A stretch of 64,000 nt of DNA from Bacteroidales bacterium (GCA_021108325.1 JAIORB010000133.1:1937-65936); one strand, 5' to 3'; positions 48,610 to 58,457 are shown, numbered from the stretch's first letter. Program-made: numbers and translations. The notes: a model not told the origin generated them from the letters alone.

Positions 48610-48745
48610 CCCATAACAGCGGGTCTTAAAGCATGCGGGATTTTGGTAGGATTTTGACAACCTGCTTGCCAGCAGGCAAGTTCTTGTTATCTTTAACTTT
48701 CGGTAACGGGGTCCCAATAGTTATGGGATGAAACAGGGCGAAAAA
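48610..48745 (+). repeat. attC-like site 6 (truncated; right arm and R' missing)
   Basis: CCATAAC agcgggtcttaaagc... is homologous to attC4/5 up to gaaacagggcgaaaa, then no ggaccGTT follows. Confidence 0.7.
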
Positions 48746-48854
48746 ATGAAATTAGGGAAATCTTATCTCACTTTGCAAACATAGGAGCTTAAATTTTGCC
48801 TTCTCTTCACTTATCGGTTTTGGAAAAAATCATTGTATCCTACTGATTTTACTT

Positions 48855-49964
48855 TTAAGAAATCTGTGGTATTGTGAAAATGAATTTACTACCTTTCTTA
48901 ACTTCACTTTCAACCCAAATTTTCCCACCGTGTTTTTCAACAAACTCTTTACACAATATTAAGCCTAAGCCTGTTCCTGCTTCTTCTTCGGTTCCTTTGG
49001 TTGAAATGTTTTCTGTTATTTTAAATAATTTGCTTTGTATTTCGGGTGGAATTCCCACTCCGCTATCTTTTACAGATATTTCTGCAAATTTTTGATTATT
49101 ATTATCTGTTATTGTATGTGATTTTATAGTAATATCGCCTCCTTTGGGTGTAAACTTTATTGCATTCGATATTAAATTTCGTATTACTGTATCTATCATA
49201 TTTTTATCGGCATTCACAAACAAGCTGTTGTCTGTATTTGCTATTAGTTTTATTTCCTTATTTTCAGCAGTTTCTGTCAATAATAAAATTATTTCATTTA
49301 TTAATGTTTCGATATTGATTTTTTCTGGTGTGAATTCAATTCGCCCTGATTGAGATTGTGCCCATGTAAGCAAATTTTCTAGTAATTTGAAAGTTTTTAT
49401 TGAACCATCATTAATAAACTTGATATATGTTTCACGCTCTTCATCATCAATTGTTGCATGACTTTCTAATAAGAGATTCGAAAAACCCAACAATGCAGTG
49501 AAAGGGCTTTTTAAGTCGTGTGCAATTATCGAGAAAAATTTGTCTTTTGTTGCATTTAAAAGTTTAATTTCTTTATAACTTTCTGATAATTTTAACATGG
49601 AATATACTCTTGCCGATAATTCAGTTTTATCTATTGGTTTTCGTATATAGTCAACAGCTCCTGCTTCTAAGGCTGTTTTCAAATGTTCAGATGTTGTCAT
49701 TTTTCCGGTACACATGATAACAGGAATATCGGCTGTTGTTTCGAAGCGTTTTAAACATTTTAAAGTTTCAATACCATCCATTTCAGGCATTTCCCAATCC
49801 AGAATTATTAAATCAGGAAGTTTTTTTTCTGCAAGCGTACATGCAATTTTTCCGTTTGGAGCTTTAAGAATTGTTAAGGATAATTCTGTTTCCTTCAAAA
49901 AACTTGAAATGGTTTTCAAGTTGTCCTGACTATCGTCAACTACCAGTATTGAATAATTTTCCAT
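48855..49964 (-). CDS. Hybrid response regulator-histidine kinase (REC-HisKA-HATPase)
   Basis: ILVVDD, PDLIILDWEMPEMDG, DYIRKP; FSIIAHDLKSP; RNLISNAIKFT, DSGVGI, GTGLGL. Confidence 0.93.
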   Translation of the reverse strand: MENYSILVVDDSQDNLKTISSFLKETELSLTILKAPNGKIACTLAEKKLPDLIILDWEMPEMDGIETLKCLKRFETTADIPVIMCTGKMTTSEHLKTALEAGAVDYIRKPIDKTELSARVYSMLKLSESYKEIKLLNATKDKFFSIIAHDLKSPFTALLGFSNLLLESHATIDDEERETYIKFINDGSIKTFKLLENLLTWAQSQSGRIEFTPEKINIETLINEIILLLTETAENKEIKLIANTDNSLFVNADKNMIDTVIRNLISNAIKFTPKGGDITIKSHTITDNNNQKFAEISVKDSGVGIPPEIQSKLFKITENISTKGTEEEAGTGLGLILCKEFVEKHGGKIWVESEVKKGSKFIFTIPQIS

Positions 49965-49991
49965 AGTAAAAAATTTATTATCAGTTATATT

Positions 49992-52900
49992 TTAATCAAT
50001 TAAATGAATCAGCTTTTTATACTTTTCTTCATTTAAGGCATCAATGGCATTAACTATTTCTGCTTTCCACTTTTGTAAATTTTCAGTTTTGCTGCAATCT
50101 AATTGTTCTATTATTTTTTCAACTTCTGTTGATTCATATACTTCCAGTTCTTGTAGTTTCAATAAAAATGGTTTTAGAATTTCTTTCTCAGTTGATGTTA
50201 ACTCAATAGCTTTTTCTTCTATTACTTCTTCTTCGATAGTTATTTCTTCATCTCCCTGATAGCCTAATGGTAAAGTAAACCAGAAAATACTACCCTCGTT
50301 TTCTTCTGATTCTACATTTATTTCACCTCCGTGAGCTTCTACGAATAATTTACAAAAAGTAAGTCCAATACCTGTTGATCTTCCCAATCCTGATTTTCTG
50401 GCTATTACTTGTTCAAATTTACCAAAAACTGTATGTAATTTTTCTTTTGGTATTCCTTGTCCGGTATCCGTTACTTTAATCCGAATAAAATCAGGTGAGT
50501 ATTCTTCAGAATCAAGCGTAATAGTTCCATTATTGGGAGTGTATTTTATTGCATTTGTGAGTAAATTAATAAAAACCCGTTCGATTATTTCAGGGTCGAT
50601 ATCAACATAATAATTTTGAATGCGATTTATTAATTTAATACTTTTTTGGTGGTAAAGTAAATCAACTTGCGACAGCGCTAATTTTGATAATTCGTATATA
50701 GAAGTATTTGATGTTTGTATTTTTATTTCGGTATTTTCGAATTTATTAACATCCAGAATATTCATTATCATATTTAGCATTTGCTTACCCGATTGTTTTA
50801 CAATATCGCTTTCTGCTAAACCGATAATTGCATTAAGCGGGTTTTTTAAATCGTGAATTATCATTCCTGTTAATTCTTCTTTAAATTGGTCTAACTCTAT
50901 GAGTTTATCGTTTGCTGTTTGTAGTTCTTCTGCCTGTGAAGATATTTCTTCTTTTTGTAGTTCAATACAATGGAATGCATCTGCATTTTCAAGGGCTATA
51001 GATGTGTAAACAGCTATATTTTTCAGAATGTTTAAATGATAATCAGTAAATGCATTTATTTTTGGATTTTGTATTGTAATTACACCTATTTTTTTTGTGG
51101 TTGTAAGGGGTAAATATATTAAAGACTCATGAATCGCATTTTTTTTGTAAAACAATTTATCAGAAACATATTTTTTATATTCTTTTGAATAATTGTTTAA
51201 AAGAATTTCTTTTTGATTTTCAAAACACCAGACCGATAAAAGGTTTTTATTTTCTAATAAGTCTGAACTTTTAAGTATATCTCCATCCAGCCTTTCAAGA
51301 CCAAAAAAGTCTATGCTTTCTTTCTCAGGATTATGAATACCGATAGAAAATATTGGTGTTTCTATTAAATCATTAACATTTTCATACGTTGTTTTTAAAA
51401 TCTTCTCAACTGACAAATTTGCAATTATCTGCTGGCCTATTTGGCTCAACAACTGAACATTGTGATATGATTTTATTATTTTTTCTTTTTGTTGTTCCAA
51501 TTTTATACTTTTTTCTTCAATATCATCCTTCTGCGTTAAAATTTCATTAGTTCTTTCTTTTACTTTTTCTTCTAAGTATTCTTTTTCCTTTATCAAATTC
51601 TTTTCTCTGATCTTTATATAAAGTGCTATTAATAAAATAATTGTTATTATTATTATAGTAATAAACCACCAAGATTTATAGAAGGGCGGTATAATCTTTA
51701 TTTTAAGTTCCGTTGAAGTTTCATTCCAGACTTTATCGTTGTTACTTCCTTTTACTTTAAAAGTATATGTGCCTGGATTAAGATTTGTAAATGTTGCTGA
51801 CTTCATATTCTGAACATCAATCCAATCCTCATCTAAGCCTTCCAGCATATATTTATATTGATTTTGTTTAGGAGATGTATAATCTAAAGCGGCAAACTCA
51901 ATAGTAAAGAAATAGTCCTTTTTTGTTAATACAATTTGTTTATAATTAGCATTAAAATACAGATATGGAGAAACATAGCTATCCCAAACAGATTTATTAA
52001 GAATTTTAAAATCAGTAATATTAACCTTAGGAAGATAAGGGTTGCCTATTACTTCAAGTGGATTAAAATACGTTAATGCCTGATTACTCCCGAAGTACAT
52101 TATTCCGTCATCAGATTTAAAAACGGCATTTCTGGAAAACCCGCTACTCTCAATTCCTTCAATAAAAGTATAGTTAATTAGTTTGTTGTCTCCAGCTGAA
52201 TATTTTGATAAACTTCTGGATGTACTTATCCACAAATTACCTAAATCATCTTCAAGTATCCCAACTATCATATTACTTAGAAGCTCATTATTTTTCGGAT
52301 GAGCAACAAAGTTCATATTATTATAATCGAATTTAATTAATCCATTTGATTCAGTTCCAATCCAGAGATTTTCATTAAGATCTTCAAATAATATAGAAAC
52401 ATGAATATCTCTTTTAAATACAGAGTCTTTAATTTTTGAAGGATTATAATTAATAAATTCACCAGTATCAGGCTTAAATAGGAATAGTCCACCTGCATAT
52501 GATCCAACCCATAAGCGTCCATTACTGTCTAAAAAAATATCACTTATATAATTGTCAATAAATTGTTGCGATTTTTTTGTGTTATGATAGTATTTTTCGA
52601 ATATATAATCATTAGGAGTACCCTTTTTTACTAATTTATTCAATCCATATGCCGTCGCTATCCATATTGTTCCGGCTTCATCCTCGATTATCGTATTAAT
52701 AATATTATTGCTTATGCTTGAATCATTATTTTCTGTAGGCAAATATCTGGTGAAATTATATGTACCATTCCTATATTCAATTCTATTTAAGCCTCCCATG
52801 TACGTTCCTACCCAAATTATTCCATTTTTATCTACTAATACAGACCATACTCTATTTGCACTTAGTGAATTATTATCTATTGGATTTTGTTTAAAATGAT

Positions 52901-54104
52901 TAAAGTTCTTTGTTATTGGATTATATTTTGATAGTCCACCACCATCAGTACCAATCCATAAATTGCCTTTTTCGTCGCTATCAATCGCCATAACTGCTGG
53001 ATGAGGTAATGAGTTCTTATCTTTCGGGTTATGTATAATATTAAAGAATTTCTGTGGTTTTAAATCTAAAATATTTAAACCACCTCCACGAGTTGCAATC
53101 CATAAATTACGGGATGCGTCTTCAAACAAATATTCAACCCTATTATGACTAATACTTTCCGAATTTCCCAGGTCATGCTTAAAATGAGTAAATCTTTCTG
53201 TTTTTGGATCAAATCTATTTAAACCACGAGAATATGTTCCAATCCAAAAAATACCATATGAATCTCTTAAAATATATTCAACATTATTATCGCTAATACT
53301 GTTTAGATCATTCGCATTATGTTTATAATGTTTAAAAGTTTCTGTTTTTGGATCAAACTTACTAATTCCTGTTTCCTTGTATGAAATCCAAATTGTTCCA
53401 TCATCATCTGCAAAAAGGTGTTGAATACTATTAGAACTTGGACTATTTAAATTATTTGGATCATGTAAATAACAGGTAAAGTTATTATTGTCTTTATTGA
53501 ATTTGTTTAATCCATTTCCAGTTCCAATCCATAAAGTTGTATCTTTTGTTTCGCATATGCATTTAGCTCTTATACTACTATGACTACTCGGGTCATTTAA
53601 ATCTGGTTTGTAAACTGTAAACTTTTCGCTATCTCTGTTGAATTTATTCAATCCTCCATTAGCTGTTCCAACCCAAATATGATTATAGCTATCTTCAAAT
53701 ACAAACATTATTTGATTATTACTTAAACCATGCTGATGAGAGAAGTTTGTAAATGTATTTGTTTTTGGATCGAATCGATCAAGACCACCACCAAAGGTTC
53801 CAAACCAGAAAATTCCAGAACGGTCTTGATATATTTTCCCAAAATTTCCAGTTGAAAGGGAATTTGTATCGTTAATATCATGCCTGTATATGGTAATTTT
53901 ACTACCATCGTATTTGTTTAATCCATCTTGTGTACCAAACCAAAGATATCCAGATTTATCTTGAATAATTGTATATACATTATTGTGAGAAAGACCATCT
54001 TTTATTGAAAGTTTTCTAAACTTATATTCGGGATTTTGGGCTTTAACAATGAACAATGAACAATGAACAAGGAATAAGGCAAGTAACAGGCTTATTTTTT
54101 TCAT
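49992..54104 (-). CDS. Sensor histidine kinase: beta-propeller + Y_Y_Y + TM + GAF + HisKA + HATPase
   Basis: GLSHNNV..IIQDKSGYLWFGTQDGLNKYDG repeats; YKYMLEGLD; IPPFYKSWW; IIHDLKNPL; NLLTNAIKYT; STGIGL. Start ATG 54104. Confidence 0.92.
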   Translation of the reverse strand: MKKISLLLALFLVHCSLFIVKAQNPEYKFRKLSIKDGLSHNNVYTIIQDKSGYLWFGTQDGLNKYDGSKITIYRHDINDTNSLSTGNFGKIYQDRSGIFWFGTFGGGLDRFDPKTNTFTNFSHQHGLSNNQIMFVFEDSYNHIWVGTANGGLNKFNRDSEKFTVYKPDLNDPSSHSSIRAKCICETKDTTLWIGTGNGLNKFNKDNNNFTCYLHDPNNLNSPSSNSIQHLFADDDGTIWISYKETGISKFDPKTETFKHYKHNANDLNSISDNNVEYILRDSYGIFWIGTYSRGLNRFDPKTERFTHFKHDLGNSESISHNRVEYLFEDASRNLWIATRGGGLNILDLKPQKFFNIIHNPKDKNSLPHPAVMAIDSDEKGNLWIGTDGGGLSKYNPITKNFNHFKQNPIDNNSLSANRVWSVLVDKNGIIWVGTYMGGLNRIEYRNGTYNFTRYLPTENNDSSISNNIINTIIEDEAGTIWIATAYGLNKLVKKGTPNDYIFEKYYHNTKKSQQFIDNYISDIFLDSNGRLWVGSYAGGLFLFKPDTGEFINYNPSKIKDSVFKRDIHVSILFEDLNENLWIGTESNGLIKFDYNNMNFVAHPKNNELLSNMIVGILEDDLGNLWISTSRSLSKYSAGDNKLINYTFIEGIESSGFSRNAVFKSDDGIMYFGSNQALTYFNPLEVIGNPYLPKVNITDFKILNKSVWDSYVSPYLYFNANYKQIVLTKKDYFFTIEFAALDYTSPKQNQYKYMLEGLDEDWIDVQNMKSATFTNLNPGTYTFKVKGSNNDKVWNETSTELKIKIIPPFYKSWWFITIIIITIILLIALYIKIREKNLIKEKEYLEEKVKERTNEILTQKDDIEEKSIKLEQQKEKIIKSYHNVQLLSQIGQQIIANLSVEKILKTTYENVNDLIETPIFSIGIHNPEKESIDFFGLERLDGDILKSSDLLENKNLLSVWCFENQKEILLNNYSKEYKKYVSDKLFYKKNAIHESLIYLPLTTTKKIGVITIQNPKINAFTDYHLNILKNIAVYTSIALENADAFHCIELQKEEISSQAEELQTANDKLIELDQFKEELTGMIIHDLKNPLNAIIGLAESDIVKQSGKQMLNMIMNILDVNKFENTEIKIQTSNTSIYELSKLALSQVDLLYHQKSIKLINRIQNYYVDIDPEIIERVFINLLTNAIKYTPNNGTITLDSEEYSPDFIRIKVTDTGQGIPKEKLHTVFGKFEQVIARKSGLGRSTGIGLTFCKLFVEAHGGEINVESEENEGSIFWFTLPLGYQGDEEITIEEEVIEEKAIELTSTEKEILKPFLLKLQELEVYESTEVEKIIEQLDCSKTENLQKWKAEIVNAIDALNEEKYKKLIHLID

Positions 54105-54335
54105 TTTCAGGCAATACATTATCAAGATACTCTTTGGTCGCATCATTCTTCCAATTAAATAGACAAAAAGCCCTCTCGATAAAATGGTATAGTTCGACTA
54201 AATTACTGACAATTAAGTTAAAAGTCAATTTATTTGTTTAATATTTTCAGCATTTTAAAAAACAAACTTATTAACTTAGTTCTTAGAAAAGTTGTTTTCG
54301 ATTCCCACAGAAAGAGATTTTCTTATCATTTATAT

Positions 54336-57300
54336 CTAATCAATTAAATGAATCAATTTTTTATACTTTTCTTCATTTAAGGCATCAATGGCATTAACTA
54401 TTTCTGCTTTCCACTTTTGTAAATTTTCAGTTTTGCTGCAATCTAATTGTTCTATTATTTTTTCAACTTCTGTTGATTCATATACTTCCAGTTCTTGTAG
54501 TTTCAATAAAAATGGTTTTAGAATTTCTTTCTCAGTTGATGTTAACTCAATAGCTTTTTCTTCTATTACTTCTTCTTCGATTTTTATTTCTTCGTTTCCC
54601 TGCCTACCTGCCGGTAAGGTAAACCAGAAAGTACTGCCTTCATTCTCCTCTGATTCTACATTGATTTCTCCTCCGTGAGCTTCTACGAATAATTTACAAA
54701 AAGTGAGTCCGATACCCGTTGATCTTCCCAATCCTGATTTTCTGGCTATTACTTGTTCGAACTTACCGAAAACTGTATGTAATTTTTCTTTTGGTATTCC
54801 CTGTCCGGTATCTCTTACTTTAATCCGAATAAAATCAGGTGAGTATTCTTCTGATTCAAGTGTAATGGTTCCATTATTGGGAGTGTATTTTATTGCATTT
54901 GTGAGTAAATTAATAAAAACCCGTTCGATTATTTCAGGGTCGATATCAACATAATAATTTTGAATGCGATTTATTAATTTAATACTTTTTTGGTGGTAAA
55001 GTAAATCAACTTGCGACAGCGCTATTTTTGATAATTCGTGTACAGAAGTATTTGATGTTTGTATTTTTATTTCAGTATTTTCGAATTTATTAACATCCAG
55101 AATATTCATGATCATGTTTAGCATTTGCTTACCCGATTGTTTTACAATATCGTTCTCAGACAAACCAATAATTGCATTCAAGGGGTTTTTTAAATCGTGA
55201 ATAATCATGGTTGTTAATTCTTCTTTATATTTGTCTAATTCCAATAGTTTATCGTTTACAGCTTGTAGTTCCTCAGATTGTGAAAATATTTCTTCTTTTT
55301 GTAGTTCAATACAATTGAAAGCTTCTGCATTTTCCAATGCTATTGATGTGTAAACAGCTATATTTTTCAGAATGTTTAAATGATAATCTGTAAAAGCATT
55401 TTTTTGTGGATTTTGTATTGTAATTACACCTATTTTTTTTCCTTTGGTTGTAAGGGGTAGATATATTAAAGACTCATGAATCGCATTTTTTTTGTAAAAC
55501 AATTTATCAGAAACATATTTTTTATATTCTTTTGAATAATTGTTTAATAGAATCTCTTTTTGATTTTTAAAACACCATACTGATAAAAGGTTTTTATTTT
55601 CTAATAAATCAGAACTTTTAAGTATATCTCCATCCAGCCTTTCAATACCAAAAAAGTCTAAGCATTTTTTCTCAGGATTATGAATACCGATAGAAAATAT
55701 TGGTGTTTCCATTAAGTTACTTACATTTTTATAAGTTGTAATTATAATTTTTTCTACCGATAAATTTGCAATTATTTGTTGTCCTATTTGGCTCAATAAC
55801 TGAACATTTTGATATGATTTTTCGATTTCCTGTTTTTTAGTTTCTATTGCTGCTTCAGCTTTTTTTGATTCAGTAATATCTGAATCAATTGCAATTAGTT
55901 TTGATAATGTACCTTTATCATTAATAATTGGAGTAATAGTTGTTTGCATCCATATATTTTCATTTGATTCTTTTGTGAATAAAAATTCATAGTTTACTGT
56001 AATTTTTTCACTAATACATGTAGCTAACTTTTTGTTAATTTCAAGATCTTTGGAACATTCTAAAATGTTTTTACCTCTTTTTACAATAAATTCATCAAAT
56101 GTTAAATCATACATTCGTGTAAATCCTTCATTTATCCATTCAAAATTACCTTGAGCATCCATAATACTCACTGCATTGTCAGTTTTACTAGCAACTATTG
56201 ATAGTTTTTCGAGTTCGTGATTTGTATTTTCAAGTTGTTCTGCCTGGGTCTGAACTTCTTCATTCATACTTTGCAGTTCAGCGTTTATTTCTTCAATTTC
56301 TTCCTTTTGTGCCGAAAGAATGCGGTTTGCTTTACGTTTTTGTATAAAACTGCGAAGCACAACAAGAATAAGCATAAGCATTAATACAAAACCTGCAATA
56401 AAGGAATTACGTACAATTTTTTGCCGTTTTACTTCTTCTGCGTGCACAGCATCTTTTTTTTGTTGTTCTAATTCAGCTGCCTGTTTTTCTTTTTCGTATT
56501 CCAGGCCTGTTGTTTTTTTGATGTTTTCTTCGTTAAAAATGTTGTCGCTCATTTGTTTGAATAGTTTAAAATATTCAAGCGATTTTTTGTATTGCCCGGC
56601 TTGTTCATATACAGTTGCCAAACCTTCGGCTGCATCTTTCAGATTGAGAGGATTATCAATTTCATCTGCAATTTTATAGCCTCGCAACAAATATTCTTTG
56701 GCTTTTTCATATTGCTTTGTTTTTATATATAAGTTTCCTATACTGTTACATGATTGTGCAATTTCTTTACTTTCATTAATACTTTCACGTTTTTTAAGGC
56801 CTTTTAAAAAATACTCAAGGGCTTCTTCGTATTTTTGCTGCTTCATAAAAACAATTCCTTTACCGTTATATGCCCATCCTAGTACATGAGTGAAGTTAAT
56901 TTCTTCGCCTATGCTTATGCACCGGTCGTAATAATCAAGTGCCTGATCTAATTTATTTTGTTTTTCATATATTAAAGCTATATTATTTAATTCATTTGAA
57001 ATGCCCGATTTTTGTTTCAGTTCACTATAAATTTTCAAAGATTTTTGATAGTATTCAAGAGCTTTATTGTAATACTGCATTTCATAAAATATTACTCCGA
57101 AATAGTTAAAACAAACTGCAATCCCTCTTTTATCTCCTAATTCCTCTTTTATTTTTAATGATTTTTGATAGCATTCAAGGGATTTGAGATAATTGCCTTG
57201 TTCTTTGTATGTATATCCAATTTCTGCCAAACATACTGAAATTCCGCTTTTATCTCCGATTTCTTCCCTTATTTTCAATGATTTTTTAATATATTCCAAT

Positions 57301-58088
57301 GCTTTGGAATAATCACCCTGTAATTTGTAAATTACTCCAATACTATTGTAACAATTTGCAATTCCGATTTTATCGCCGATCTCCTCTTTAATTTTTAGTG
57401 ATTTTTGGTAGTATTTCAAGGCCGTTGGATAATCACCTTGTGTACTGTAAATTCCTCCAATATTATTGTAAGACCGTGTAATTCCGATTTTATCGCTTAA
57501 TTCTTCTTTGATAACTAATGATTTTTGGTAGTATTCTAAAGCTTTATGATAATCGCCACGTTTTTTGTAAATTGCTCCAATATTATTGTAGCACTTTGCA
57601 ATCCCAATTTTATCACCTAATTCATCCATGATTCTCAACGATTTTTGGTAGTATCCCATAGCATTAGGATAATCACATCGAACATGATAAATTACTCCAA
57701 TACTTTTGTAACAATTTGCAATTCCGATTTTATCGCCGATCTCCTCATTAATTATTAAAGCCTTTTGGAAACATTCCAATGATTTGGAGTAATCGGATTT
57801 TTTGCCGTAATAAGCACCCGTTAATAGCAAACTTTCAGCTTTACCTTTCGGGAAATTCAAATCATCGGCTAGCTTACCAGCCTTCTCAGAATATTGCAGG
57901 GTTTTATCATTATCAATTATATATAATTTATCGGCAACTTTGTTTAAAAGATTTACCCTAACGATATCCTTTTCTGGGTGTTGCGCCAACAGGTTTTCGA
58001 GGCTGTCAATTTCAGGGTTTTGGGCATTAACAATGAATAAAGAACAAGGAACAATGAATAGTGCTAAAAATAGGTATATTTTTTTCAT
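54336..58088 (-). CDS. Sensor histidine kinase: TPR array + TM + PAS + GAF + HisKA + HATPase
   Basis: 40-aa TPR repeats (GDKIGIA.CYNNIG.IY...GDY.KALEYYQKSL.I.EE); PAS (SIVASKTDNAVSI..WINEGF); C-terminus near-identical to 49992-54104. Start ATG 58088. Confidence 0.92.
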   Translation of the reverse strand: MKKIYLFLALFIVPCSLFIVNAQNPEIDSLENLLAQHPEKDIVRVNLLNKVADKLYIIDNDKTLQYSEKAGKLADDLNFPKGKAESLLLTGAYYGKKSDYSKSLECFQKALIINEEIGDKIGIANCYKSIGVIYHVRCDYPNAMGYYQKSLRIMDELGDKIGIAKCYNNIGAIYKKRGDYHKALEYYQKSLVIKEELSDKIGITRSYNNIGGIYSTQGDYPTALKYYQKSLKIKEEIGDKIGIANCYNSIGVIYKLQGDYSKALEYIKKSLKIREEIGDKSGISVCLAEIGYTYKEQGNYLKSLECYQKSLKIKEELGDKRGIAVCFNYFGVIFYEMQYYNKALEYYQKSLKIYSELKQKSGISNELNNIALIYEKQNKLDQALDYYDRCISIGEEINFTHVLGWAYNGKGIVFMKQQKYEEALEYFLKGLKKRESINESKEIAQSCNSIGNLYIKTKQYEKAKEYLLRGYKIADEIDNPLNLKDAAEGLATVYEQAGQYKKSLEYFKLFKQMSDNIFNEENIKKTTGLEYEKEKQAAELEQQKKDAVHAEEVKRQKIVRNSFIAGFVLMLMLILVVLRSFIQKRKANRILSAQKEEIEEINAELQSMNEEVQTQAEQLENTNHELEKLSIVASKTDNAVSIMDAQGNFEWINEGFTRMYDLTFDEFIVKRGKNILECSKDLEINKKLATCISEKITVNYEFLFTKESNENIWMQTTITPIINDKGTLSKLIAIDSDITESKKAEAAIETKKQEIEKSYQNVQLLSQIGQQIIANLSVEKIIITTYKNVSNLMETPIFSIGIHNPEKKCLDFFGIERLDGDILKSSDLLENKNLLSVWCFKNQKEILLNNYSKEYKKYVSDKLFYKKNAIHESLIYLPLTTKGKKIGVITIQNPQKNAFTDYHLNILKNIAVYTSIALENAEAFNCIELQKEEIFSQSEELQAVNDKLLELDKYKEELTTMIIHDLKNPLNAIIGLSENDIVKQSGKQMLNMIMNILDVNKFENTEIKIQTSNTSVHELSKIALSQVDLLYHQKSIKLINRIQNYYVDIDPEIIERVFINLLTNAIKYTPNNGTITLESEEYSPDFIRIKVRDTGQGIPKEKLHTVFGKFEQVIARKSGLGRSTGIGLTFCKLFVEAHGGEINVESEENEGSTFWFTLPAGRQGNEEIKIEEEVIEEKAIELTSTEKEILKPFLLKLQELEVYESTEVEKIIEQLDCSKTENLQKWKAEIVNAIDALNEEKYKKLIHLID
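57001..57800 (-). repeat. 120-bp-period tandem repeats encoding TPR units
   Basis: attccgattttatc-like motif at 57121, 57241, 57361, 57481, 57601, 57721. Confidence 0.8.
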
Positions 58089-58275
58089 ATTCAGGGATTT
58101 TGAACTGCTTAATGTACAACTATTTAATGAAAACATCAAACAAAATGATTGTTTATTCTTATTTACCAGTGCTTTATGGTACTAATTCCAAAACCCTATT
58201 ACAAACACATTGGCAAGCCTGCTTGGTCAGCAGATAAATGTCTTTCGCTTTTTTTGTTTATCAAATCCAAAATTA

Positions 58276-58387
58276 TTGCCCAAACAATACTTTAGTAATT
58301 ATCAGCATGTTTGATAGTTATTAAAATAATTTGTAGATTCACTACTTAATTGAATAGAAGGAGCTTTTTGCTTCTATTTACTAGTTA
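58276..58387 (+). repeat. 112-bp direct repeat B (attI-like), ending at G|TTAATC (58384)
   Basis: Five mismatches versus 41172-41283. Confidence 0.75.
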
Positions 58388-58457
58388 ATCGAAATATTTA
58401 CTTAAGAATAAAATTCAGATAATACAATACAAGTATCAATTAAACAAGGAGTAAATT

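Larger units (their letters stand above)
41280..48750 (+). mobile_element. Integron-like gene cassette array with no integrase in the window (CALIN-like)
   Basis: Six homologous ~130-170 bp attC-like sites separate co-oriented ORFs; cassette start and end cores are reverse complements. Confidence 0.82.

Noticed and set aside
42224-48745. CRISPR array interpretation of the recurring ~130-bp repeats
   Set aside because: The repeats are too long and degenerate, the spacers are gene-sized ORFs and there are no cas genes; the attC model fits better.
50044-54954. Duplicated plus-strand ORFs (50044-50259, 54388-54678, 54703-54954)
   Set aside because: Antisense shadows of the duplicated kinase C-termini.
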